Shown here: positions 10,602 through 17,841 of the stretch, piece by piece
How positions within the stretch are numbered: position 1 is the stretch's first letter
Layout: each line of letters begins with the position of its first letter
Source of the DNA: Nostoc sp. PCC 7120 = FACHB-418
GTDB taxonomy: Bacteria; Cyanobacteriota; Cyanobacteriia; Cyanobacteriales; Nostocaceae
Reading direction: 5' to 3'
NCBI RefSeq assembly: GCF_000009705.1
Contig: NC_003272.1
Coordinates: 4,350,001 to 4,382,000, forward strand
DNA: 32,000 nt
Notes under the pieces: generated by a model
Told to the model about the DNA's origin: nothing
Seen by the model: only the letters and a program-made list of their open reading frames with translations
The model's database searches: none
Translations under genes and position numbers: made by a program

Positions 10602-10868
10602 TTATGGCTTTTGGCGGCTTTGTTCCCAACGCCAGAGAAAAATCATCAGCCCCACAACTCCTACTTGCAGAGCGAAGTTAGGTAAAGCAGTTTCCACATC
10701 TCGCCCGGCTAGTAGTTGAAAAAAGAAGATAAATGCCCCTATAAAGCCAGAAGCACCAAAACCAATATAGAAAAGTTGCCGTAAGCCACGATATGGGGTC
10801 GCCATCTCTGCTTTCAGGCGGGCATATTGTTCAGGATTCAAACGCTTTTTGGGATTAGGTTCTACCAT
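10602..10868 (-). CDS. Small conserved membrane protein (two TM helices)
   Basis: 88-aa ORF with two hydrophobic helices (LFYIGFGASGFIGAFIFFFQLL; LQVGVVGLMIFLW). Its start lies 34 bp from the tRNA and it is divergent from it. Confidence 0.6.
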   Translation of the reverse strand: MVEPNPKKRLNPEQYARLKAEMATPYRGLRQLFYIGFGASGFIGAFIFFFQLLAGRDVETALPNFALQVGVVGLMIFLWRWEQSRQKP

Positions 10869-10901
10869 AAGTAAATAATGCTATAATCTCTTATCGTATA
10901 T

Positions 10902-10973
10902 GCCGATGTGGCTCAGTGGTAGAGCAGCTGATTCGTAATCAGCAGGCCGTGGGTTCAAATCCCATCATCGGCT
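10902..10973 (+). tRNA. tRNA-Thr (anticodon CGU)
   Basis: Manual cloverleaf: acceptor GCCGATG/CATCGGC, D arm GCTC-AGTGGTA-GAGC, anticodon arm GCTGA-TTCGTAA-TCAGC (U33, CGT, A37), variable AGGCC, T arm GTGGG-TTCAAAT-CCCAT, discriminator T. No CCA is encoded. Confidence 0.9.
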
Positions 10974-11123
10974 TGGTTTTCATAAAATCATATTTTTGTC
11001 TTGACTAATTCTTGTGTACAGTGACAAATTAGAGGCTATTTATAAAGTAAATCTAAAGGAGAGCTATCAGATAAAAAGGCAGCGATAAGATACTGTTTGT
11101 AGAGTGTATTTACATAGGAAACA

Positions 11124-11507
11124 ATGAGACGAAAGTCTTATTCTACAGACCTTAATGACTCAGAATGGGCAATTTTAGCTCCTTTGATTCCACCCGCTAA
11201 ATGCGGTGGGCATCCCCGAACAACTGATATGCGAGAAGTATGCAACGCTATCTACTACCATCTGAAAACAGGTTGTCAGTGGGATATGCTTCCAGGGGAT
11301 TTTCCTCCTAGTTCAACTGTTTACAGCTACTATCGTAAATGGCAAAAACGAGGTATCTGGGAGCAAATGAATCATACTTTGCGCGATCAAGTTCGTCAAA
11401 AAATGGGGAAGTCAACTCAACCCACGGCGATCGCGGCAGACAGCCAGTCGGTAAAAACGACTGAAAAAAGGGGGATGTGTACGGTTTTGATGGTGGCAAG
11501 AAGGTAA
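11124..11507 (+). CDS. IS5-family transposase, OrfA (N-terminal part)
   Basis: 127-aa ORF with the typical N-terminus (LNDSEWAILAPLIPP...GHPR...R...NAIYY.LKTGCQW..LP). Confidence 0.8.
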   Translation: MRRKSYSTDLNDSEWAILAPLIPPAKCGGHPRTTDMREVCNAIYYHLKTGCQWDMLPGDFPPSSTVYSYYRKWQKRGIWEQMNHTLRDQVRQKMGKSTQPTAIAADSQSVKTTEKRGMCTVLMVARR

Positions 11508-11917
11508 AAGGACGAAAGCGGCAAACTTTGGTTGATAGTCTGGGACTTTTGTTAAAAGTGGTTGTAAGTGAAGCAAATGCTGGAGAAAGATTACTTGCCG
11601 CCTATACTTTGATGGAACTGTTAGAAGAGCGTCCAGAATTACTGGAAAAAGTTGAAGTCATCTGGGTTGATTCCGGCTATGACGGTGATAAATTTGCGCT
11701 CTCTGTTTGGCTGATGATTCAAGCTCATGTTGAGGTAATCCGGCGTACTAATCAAGAATTTCAGGTTTTGCCCAAACGGTGGGTAGTAGAAAGAACATTT
11801 GGCTGGTTAAACCAGTACCGTCGTCTCAGTAAGGATTATGAGCGTCTCCCAGAAATGAGTGAGGCTGCCATATATGCCGTTATGACTCGTATTATGCTAC
11901 GTCGTCTAGTCGTCTAA
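11477..11917 (+). CDS. IS5-family transposase, OrfB (DDE part), probably fused to OrfA by a -1 frameshift
   Basis: It lies in the -1 frame relative to OrfA. The overlap contains AAAAAAG (11464-11470). Reading through gives ...TTEKKGDVYGFDGGKKVKGRKR..., a GKK.KGRKR motif I associate with IS5-family enzymes. Confidence 0.8.
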   Translation: MYGFDGGKKVKGRKRQTLVDSLGLLLKVVVSEANAGERLLAAYTLMELLEERPELLEKVEVIWVDSGYDGDKFALSVWLMIQAHVEVIRRTNQEFQVLPKRWVVERTFGWLNQYRRLSKDYERLPEMSEAAIYAVMTRIMLRRLVV

Positions 11918-12165
11918 AGATTTACTTTATAAATGGTCTCTTATTTGTCGTCGGTGACAAATTGATGTCGTTGTGACAAATTATTGTCATCCAACTTAGT
12001 AACTCGCTTCCATATATATTTGTGACAAATTATTGTCATTTTTCGGAAAAGCAACAATTTATATATGGAGTTTCTCTATATATTTAGCCCCTATTATAAG
12101 CGTTTGCATTCAAAAAGCTCTTTTAATCACTTCTATGAGTAGCTTATCCTGAATAACTTTAGTTA

Positions 12166-12222
12166 CAAGCCGATGACGGGATTTGCTTTCAACCCTCTAC
12201 TTCTTGGAAATTAATTACACCA
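12166..12222 (-). ncRNA. Delocalized (orphan) homing crRNA: degenerate repeat plus a tRNA-Thr-matching spacer
   Basis: On the minus strand, 12222 to 12186 is a degenerate repeat that keeps only the 3' handle GAGGGTTGAAAG. It is followed by CAAATCCCGTCATCGGCTTG (12185 to 12166). That spacer matches CAAATCCCATCATCGGCTTG at 10956-10975 at 19 of 20 positions. Confidence 0.8.
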
Positions 12223-12254
12223 TCAGACAACGTAAGGCAGTTTCATATCCAATT

Positions 12255-12577
12255 TGTTTTCACCATGTATTACCGGAAGGAGGGTTGCAACCTGACGGAG
12301 CAAGCTGATTTGGTAGAAGCTGTTAATCTTTCAACCCTCCCATTACTGGAAGGAGGGTTGCAACGATCGCGCACAATATAAAGTTCTGAATATTCAAACT
12401 TTCAACCCTCCCATTACTGGAAGGAGGGTTGCAACGTTAAATTTTGGATGCGATCGCCCCACCGCTTCCTTTCAACCCTCCCATTACTGGAAGGAGGGTT
12501 GCAACGCGATGGATAAAGATACTAACTTTTTCTTCATCAGCTTTCAACCCTCCCATTACTGGAAGGAGGGTTGCAAC
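12255..12577 (-). CRISPR. Type V-K CRISPR array: 4 perfect 37-bp repeats plus 1 degenerate terminal repeat, 4 spacers
   Basis: Plus-strand repeat CTTTCAACCCTCCCATTACTGGAAGGAGGGTTGCAAC occurs at 12541-12577, 12469-12505, 12399-12435 and 12328-12364, with a degenerate copy at 12255-12291. Spacers are 35, 33, 34 and 36 bp. In the transcribed (minus) orientation the repeat is GTTGCAACCCTCCTTCCAGTAATGGGAGGGTTGAAAG. Confidence 0.95.
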
Positions 12578-12774
12578 TGCCACTCTATGAAACGCTTGTC
12601 TAGCAAGGTTTTTGAAGCAGATTTGCGCGAACCTCATCAAATAGCCTCCCAGGATGTAATTTTTGAATTGTCTACAAAAGAAATTTACTCATAAATTCCT
12701 TGTAGGATAAGGTTTTCAGGATGTGCGCGAACCTAGATCGGAATTTTGACCTCTCTTTGGTGCGTCAAATCAAG

Positions 12775-13000
12775 AATTGGGGAGGGTTCCCCCTTGATCG
12801 GGGGTGATTGGGTAGCCACTACAGCAGTACATCCGCGCCCTTATTGCTGGGAGCGCACCTATCCTGTCTATTGGCAGCAGCATCAGGGTGAGCAGCTACC
12901 AGGGTCAGAAAGCAAGACTGTATTGCTACAGTCAAACTAACCCTCATTTAACACAATTCAGAGGCTGCAAGCAGCATGAACTGCGGCGCTATTACATATT
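12775..13000 (-). ncRNA. Cas12k tracrRNA locus (boundaries approximate)
   Basis: It lies between the cas12k stop and the array on the same strand. The minus-strand sequence ATATGTAATAGCGCCGCAGTTCATGCTGCTTGCAGCC...CACCCCCGATCAAGGGGGAACCCTCC is GC-rich and stem-rich. It is nearly colinear with the ShCAST tracrRNA/sgRNA scaffold as I recall it. It contains CCCTCC and GCTTTC segments complementary to the repeat 3' end GGGAGGGTTGAAAG. Confidence 0.8.
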
Positions 13001-13024
13001 ATATTTTCAAGGTTCAGATGTTTG

Positions 13025-14944
13025 TCAACTTCGCCTAGCTAGGCGGAGACTATAAGCATAGAGGGCTAATTCTTTTGCTTTATCCTGCGGACTGCCACGA
13101 ATAGGTTGTTTACCTTCCTCAATCACAATTCCTATCTGAGCAGCTTTACTTTGAATACTTTGAATTAATCTGCCATAGCTCCATTGATGGACGTTAACTC
13201 GATACTGTTTGGCATATTTTTGCTGTATTTCTGAGGAGCTAGGACATTTTGCTTCGGCTATAGCTTGAATTTCGCTTTGAACAATTTCTCGTATATCTCC
13301 TAACTTAGGTAGGACTATACTGCCTGCTTTATAGGTCTGTGCGATCGCTACAATTTCTTTAGCTAGTAATCGGTCTACATATTGCCCTAACTCAGATGCC
13401 CCAAATTGATTAGGAGAGAAACTTTTTTGTGCTTTATGGCGTTCGTGGGATAGCGATCGCTGTTGTCGTCGTTGACGATTTAGAAGTTCGTAATTGTCGC
13501 CTAGTAACTGGCGGAGACTCCGATAAGTTAAAACTTTACCTGCAATCGCATCAACTACAGCGATAGTTGCAGGTTTTTCTAGCCCCAAGCTTACTCCAAC
13601 CAAAATATGTGATTGACCCTGGTACAGGGGTTTACTAGGACGATCAAAGGAATTGTTGATGCGAGTCAGTGTTGATTCTTTACGTTTGATAAAAGCGAGT
13701 TGTGTTTCGCTAAGGTCACTTTTATCCTTCATCTTGGTGATGAATTTGGTAATCTCCTCTGCTTTCTCTTGACGAACTTGTTCTGTTCCTTCAGCAGTCC
13801 AAAGGCGATTGTCAACACAGCAGTAAAGAGCTAAGTGTCCAATATTCCAAGGTTCGCCTTTACCTTCACCTTGTTGCCAAGCTAAACGACCATTTCTGAG
13901 TGTAAATAAACCACTAGAATGCTGATTTTTACTTTTGCGTTTAGTTTGTTGGTCTTCCAAGAAGCGTTTAAACCAGTACAGTTGACGACTATCGCAGTAA
14001 ACTTCAAAAATTAAATCGCTTAAACCATTGAAGTGAACACATAATCTACCTTTTTCGTTTGTTGACCAAACTAAATCTTCATTAGTCTCAAAAACCACAG
14101 GAAAAGGGATAGAACTAGATCGGGTTAAGAGAATATCCTGCCAGCGTTTGGCTTCAGCATTATTTTCTGGAACGGTGGTTGTAGCGGTGAAGAGTGTTTC
14201 CAACCATTTAGAGTACGTTAAATCTCGTCCCTTGGGAATCCGACTTGTTAGTTTGTCTGTTAACCGTTGAATTTGGATTTCAACTTTACGGCGGCGTTTA
14301 GCAAATTTTTCGGGGTTTTCTTCTTTGTCATTGAGTTTGCAGCCATTTTTCAGCAGATAACTGATGGCACTACGACTGAGTATGTCGTCAGTTTCTTGGT
14401 AAGCGTCAAATAATTTACGAGATAAGCTTCGGTCAGGATTGGAAGCAGATGATTTTTTAGATTGTTTAGTTTTTCCTCTTTTAGTTAAAAGAGTTTTAGG
14501 ATCAGATTCTGGTGTAGTTATTGCCAAAATCTCAGATGCTTTGGTACGAATTGCCTCTAAGCTAAAACCACTAATTTCTACTAATTCAACATCGCTGTTG
14601 AACATTTCTATCCAGCGTAATTTGCCATCTAGCTGTTGTTGTAGCCGTTTCTGTATAGTCAGCCAAGATTTGTAGATGTAATCAACAATATGAATTGCTG
14701 ATATATAGAAACGACTAGGCTGACCTGTAAAACTAGGGTCAGTTTTCAGGGGTTGGCAAAGCTGGGAAACAACAGTTGATGGCAGTTTGCCATTTCTTCG
14801 CCATTTCTCAAAATCTGGATGTTTACTAAGCTGCTGAAGCAGTTCGTTAATTAGAGGTGTGTTCGATTCTGCCATTAACTTCCAGAGTTTTTGGCGGGTA
14901 GATTCACTGGCAATTAAGCGACATTGAATAGTTTTTTGGCTCAT
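13025..14944 (-). CDS. cas12k: Cas12k (type V-K effector, naturally nuclease-deficient)
   Basis: 639 aa counted from the Met of MSQKTIQCRLIASESTRQKLWKLMAESNTPLINELL. It is colinear over its full length with the ShCas12k sequence as I recall it, through ...QPIRGSPQDKAKELALYAYSLRLARRS. The 13 extra N-terminal codons in the track ORF (to 14983) would overlap the divergent promoter. Confidence 0.95.
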   Translation of the reverse strand: MSQKTIQCRLIASESTRQKLWKLMAESNTPLINELLQQLSKHPDFEKWRRNGKLPSTVVSQLCQPLKTDPSFTGQPSRFYISAIHIVDYIYKSWLTIQKRLQQQLDGKLRWIEMFNSDVELVEISGFSLEAIRTKASEILAITTPESDPKTLLTKRGKTKQSKKSSASNPDRSLSRKLFDAYQETDDILSRSAISYLLKNGCKLNDKEENPEKFAKRRRKVEIQIQRLTDKLTSRIPKGRDLTYSKWLETLFTATTTVPENNAEAKRWQDILLTRSSSIPFPVVFETNEDLVWSTNEKGRLCVHFNGLSDLIFEVYCDSRQLYWFKRFLEDQQTKRKSKNQHSSGLFTLRNGRLAWQQGEGKGEPWNIGHLALYCCVDNRLWTAEGTEQVRQEKAEEITKFITKMKDKSDLSETQLAFIKRKESTLTRINNSFDRPSKPLYQGQSHILVGVSLGLEKPATIAVVDAIAGKVLTYRSLRQLLGDNYELLNRQRRQQRSLSHERHKAQKSFSPNQFGASELGQYVDRLLAKEIVAIAQTYKAGSIVLPKLGDIREIVQSEIQAIAEAKCPSSSEIQQKYAKQYRVNVHQWSYGRLIQSIQSKAAQIGIVIEEGKQPIRGSPQDKAKELALYAYSLRLARRS

Positions 14945-14964
14945 AAAAATAAAATACCATACAA

Positions 14965-14979
14965 AACACATAATGTTAT
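14965..14979. promoter_or_regulatory. Candidate CvkR operator in the cas12k/cvkR divergent promoter
   Basis: AACACATAATGTTAT fits the published CvkR motif AnnACATnATGTnnT (recalled). It lies 21 bp upstream of the cas12k ATG (14944) and 48 bp upstream of the cvkR ATG (15027). Confidence 0.65.
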
Positions 14980-15026
14980 ACAAAGCACTAATGTGTTTTA
15001 GAAGATGCTTCTATAGGATGTTTCTT

Positions 15027-15479
15027 ATGGAAGGAAAGTTCTACACAAGCACAGAAGCATCAGAAATTACTCATTGCTCTCGCCGCCAGTTGCAGTATTG
15101 GCGAGAGAAAGGAGTTATAGTACCTACGGTTAACAGTAGTGGCAAAGGTCGTAATGTTTACTACTCTAAAGCTGATTTACTTGCATTAACAGTAATGGAG
15201 CAGTTGCTGTCTACTGGGTTAAATTTTGACCTTTGCTATGCAGCATTGCAAACACTGCGCAAACAGGAACCTTGGTTATTTGATGAGTCTGTCCCAGAAG
15301 AAAAGATGAAGCGGCTCATGTTATTACCCACGCGATCGCCTGAACAACCTTTGCAACTAGCAGAGTTTGACAAGCAAGCGGCACTAGAAGCACTTTGTCA
15401 TGGACAAACTGTGATTCCTTTTTGGAGCGATCGCATTCATCAACAATTAAGAGAGAATCTTAAAAGCTTTAGTAGCTAA
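15027..15479 (+). CDS. cvkR: MerR-type transcriptional repressor of V-K CAST (CvkR-like)
   Basis: It is divergent from cas12k. The MerR HTH (YTSTEASEITHCSRRQLQYWREKGVIVP) begins right at the N-terminus. I chose the Met of MEGKFY (150 aa), because the track start at 14973 would overlap the cas12k 5' end. Confidence 0.85.
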   Translation: MEGKFYTSTEASEITHCSRRQLQYWREKGVIVPTVNSSGKGRNVYYSKADLLALTVMEQLLSTGLNFDLCYAALQTLRKQEPWLFDESVPEEKMKRLMLLPTRSPEQPLQLAEFDKQAALEALCHGQTVIPFWSDRIHQQLRENLKSFSS

Positions 15480-15533
15480 TTGGACTTTGAATATAGAGCT
15501 TATGTGGTTGCCACATAGCACAATGCTAGTGGT

Positions 15534-17411
15534 TTAATATTTCTTGATAATTTCGGGATGCAGCTTATATTGTCTGCCATTCTCGTGATTATGCTCTCGA
15601 ACAAAATCCTCCGAAGATTCAAAACTTAAGCTTTTACCCATTGCTTTTCCAATTAGTGTTAGCAAATTATTTGCCCGCATCTGGAAGAAACCTTCAAAGT
15701 CATCTCGCCGCAAAGTTTTTGGAGATATAGCGTGCGATCGCAATATTTCATCAAGCCTTGTAGCTGATGTCCCACACAGTTCAAACTCCTCTAAATAAAC
15801 AGAAGGGGCTTTACTACCAATCTTTTTGTTTGTTTTGGCGCTTAAAGGTGTGCGATTAATCAAGCAGTTATACTTTTTGGGATCAATTCCTTTTTTGCGA
15901 CACCATGCCACAGGAAAGATATGGTGCGAATCTATCTTTTCTTCAAAATAAATCACATCATTGATTTCTTCCCCAGTACACCAATCAATTGCCCCCTCAC
16001 GTCGTAGTAAAGCAGCTAAACCTTGGTACACTGCCCCGTAACGTTTTCTAACGCCAATCAATCGATCAAAAGAAAAATCCGCTTGCACAATGGTGAGTGG
16101 TAGTGAACCACCTGCCAACCAATCTGGCACTTCTATAACGTCTCTTCCGGCTCGTGCCTCGTACCAGCGTGTATATATTTCACCAAACATCCCACACCAT
16201 AACCAGCGTTCCAGCATAGAGCGTACTTGAAAAGAACGGGAACGCTCTCCTAGAACAGTGAAAATGGCGCTGAGGATGACTAATTGAATGGGGTAAGCTA
16301 AATCATCTGCATCGAAGATTTTTTGGTTATGAAGAAAACGAGCAGACTCTTCAAAACCTTTAGTAATTGGGTCAGCCCATTTCTGATACTCCTCTTTGGT
16401 GAGTTTCAAAACTTCAGCGCGATCGCCTGCAACGCCTGGTAATTTATCGATGTTCCAACCTTGTTTAGTAGCTTCTATCCTCTTGGCGTAACCAGCAACC
16501 AAAGTAACTGCTTGGACAAAATCGGTGCTGCGTAGCTTACGTAAGACTTTTAAAGATTGGAAGCGATTTTCGCGCTGTTTCCAATCATCTCTTAAACTAA
16601 AGTCGGAAGTGCAATAGCTGGAACTCATTAAGTCAAAATAATTGAGGTCACATCCAGAAGTGTTTGTATCTTCAAAGACTTGACAAACGGCTTCTTTTGG
16701 TAAAGAGTCACGCAGTTGGATCACAGGTATTTGATAATGCTCAAATTTTTTGAGAATTTCTAGTTCTAAGATGTCAATTAGCTCCAGTTTTTGAGGATCG
16801 TACTGCCAATATTTAGAAAATTTACTCCGCCATTCAGAAAAAAAGAAAACTTTGGATAAGGGGAACAATAGCGCCTCATATTCTTTTTCAGGAGTAGAAC
16901 AATCAATCAGACCACCCGTGAATATTCGCGCAATTTTCGATTCAGGTAAGGCAATGATTGCACTACGACGATCGCATTCTGAATTAAGGCATTTTTTAAT
17001 ATCTAGGTAGTACCACTTTTTAATAATTTTTTGGCTTTTCTGGTCTTTAATGATTACAGGTAGCTCAGATAACAACACCATAAACATGGTTGTCAGGCGT
17101 TGCTGTCCATCAAGAATTAATAAGTTTGGCTCATGATTTTCTGGTTTTAATACCCCATCAACTAGGCGGGGTTTGAATTGTCGGCTTTGAATGCTTTGTT
17201 GGAGCATCATGACTACGCCAATTGGATAAGCAAGAGATATGCTGGTAAGCAAACGACGTACACGGGTATCATCCCAAACCCAATCTCTTTGAAAATCTGG
17301 AAGTTGAATGCGTCCATTTTTGATATCTTTCAGGACATCAAGGAGAAAATACTTAGTGATGTCAAAGGTAGAGATTGAGTTCATTTGGTGTTCTGCCATT
17401 TTTGTCCTCAA
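15534..17411 (-). CDS. DUF262/DUF1524 (GmrSD-like) putative type IV restriction / modified-DNA nuclease
   Basis: N-terminal DUF262 motifs (LPDFQRDWVWDD; ILDGQQRLTT) and a C-terminal His-Me/HNH-like DUF1524 motif (IDSHHIFP...NRTPLSAKTNKKIG). Confidence 0.8.
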   Translation of the reverse strand: MRTKMAEHQMNSISTFDITKYFLLDVLKDIKNGRIQLPDFQRDWVWDDTRVRRLLTSISLAYPIGVVMMLQQSIQSRQFKPRLVDGVLKPENHEPNLLILDGQQRLTTMFMVLLSELPVIIKDQKSQKIIKKWYYLDIKKCLNSECDRRSAIIALPESKIARIFTGGLIDCSTPEKEYEALLFPLSKVFFFSEWRSKFSKYWQYDPQKLELIDILELEILKKFEHYQIPVIQLRDSLPKEAVCQVFEDTNTSGCDLNYFDLMSSSYCTSDFSLRDDWKQRENRFQSLKVLRKLRSTDFVQAVTLVAGYAKRIEATKQGWNIDKLPGVAGDRAEVLKLTKEEYQKWADPITKGFEESARFLHNQKIFDADDLAYPIQLVILSAIFTVLGERSRSFQVRSMLERWLWCGMFGEIYTRWYEARAGRDVIEVPDWLAGGSLPLTIVQADFSFDRLIGVRKRYGAVYQGLAALLRREGAIDWCTGEEINDVIYFEEKIDSHHIFPVAWCRKKGIDPKKYNCLINRTPLSAKTNKKIGSKAPSVYLEEFELCGTSATRLDEILRSHAISPKTLRRDDFEGFFQMRANNLLTLIGKAMGKSLSFESSEDFVREHNHENGRQYKLHPEIIKKY

Positions 17412-17526
17412 GAAAGATGCGACTGTTCGTCATAGTTAGTACCTATGTACCTCAGCCTAAGATTCTCCTTGTGTTAACAGCAAGGGGTTTTTGGAGCAAT
17501 TGGTCGTGAGTAGCGATCGCTTTTAC

Positions 17527-17841
17527 TTATTCTTGAGGGAAGTCTGGAGGTAAAGCCACAATTCCTTTTGCAACAAGTTGTCTAAATTGGTTGAGCAAGT
17601 CTGCTTGCCGTAATATGCGGGTAACGTATTTAGGTCGTCGGCGAAAATTAGTTCCCCAGTCTTTAACAGTTTTTGGGCTAGTACCTGTAACTTGGGCGAT
17701 CGCGTTAATGCAGGCTTTGCGATAATTACGTCCTGCTTCTTGTCTAACCCAACGGCGACAATACTCCGTCGGTTCAAGGGGCAATAGACGGAGCAGATCA
17801 ATTGAATAATTATTCTCATGGGAGTCTCTCCCAGTCTGCAT
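17527..17841 (-). CDS. Small HTH-containing protein (paralog 1)
   Basis: The 104-aa protein is clearly paralogous to the 18001-18318 product (shared EP.EYC.RWV....GYRKACI.A.A..TG.S..T...WG.NF.RRP.YVT.ILR.AD.LNQ). This supports this frame over the overlapping 17523-17900 ORF. Confidence 0.6.
   Translation of the reverse strand: MQTGRDSHENNYSIDLLRLLPLEPTEYCRRWVRQEAGRNYRKACINAIAQVTGTSPKTVKDWGTNFRRRPKYVTRILRQADLLNQFRQLVAKGIVALPPDFPQE

Larger units (their letters stand above)
11032..11940 (+). mobile_element. IS5-family insertion sequence (IS1031/IS427-like group), 909 bp
   Basis: Terminal inverted repeats are GAGGCTATTTATAAAGTAAATCT (11032 onward) and the reverse complement of 11918-11940, GAGACCATTTATAAAGTAAATCT (21/23 identical). 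The 3-bp TTA duplication is at 11029-11031 and 11941-11943. It carries a two-ORF transposase with an A6G slippery site. Confidence 0.85.
11015..12040. repeat. CAST end proximal to the tRNA and CRISPR array (I believe this is the end called LE in ShCAST work), interrupted by an IS
   Basis: Terminal TGTACAGTGACAAATTA (11015-11031) resumes after the IS as TTTGTCGTCG (11944 onward). Further TnsB-type repeats follow: GTGACAAATTGATGTCG at 11954-11970, and an identical TGTGACAAATTATTGTCAT at 11972-11990 and 12021-12039. Confidence 0.85.

Noticed and set aside
12437-12694. Track ORFs 12437-12640 (-) and 12509-12694 (+)
   Set aside because: They run through CRISPR repeats and spacers, and the repeat periodicity shows up in the peptides (ATLLPVMGGLK twice). 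They are artefacts of the array.
12621-12734. Direct repeat AT(T/G)TGCGCGAACCT occurring twice exactly 100 bp apart in the tracr/array leader
   Set aside because: An 11-bp exact match within 100 bp is expected about once by chance in a 32-kb window (roughly 0.8 expected). I found no complementarity to the repeat or the tracrRNA. It is not enough on its own.
12746-12940. 64-aa plus-strand ORF between the array and cas12k
   Set aside because: It lies antisense within the tracrRNA locus. It has no ribosome-binding context or recognisable fold, and RNA structure explains the GC-rich sequence.
13025-14944. Cas12k as an interference nuclease, i.e. the locus as an immune CRISPR-Cas system
   Set aside because: There are no adaptation genes and the locus is tightly linked to tnsB/tnsC/tniQ inside transposon ends. 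V-K effectors are known to lack an active RuvC site. I could not verify the catalytic residues by eye, so this rests on family knowledge.
14945-15026. Longer track starts for cas12k (14983) and the MerR gene (14973), which would make the two divergent genes overlap
   Set aside because: The extra residues (MYNIMCFVWYFIF; MLYKALMCFRRCFYRMFL) are hydrophobic junk with no counterpart in the homologs I recall. The internal Mets give MSQKTIQ... and an HTH at the N-terminus, and they leave an 82-bp promoter region that contains the palindromic box.
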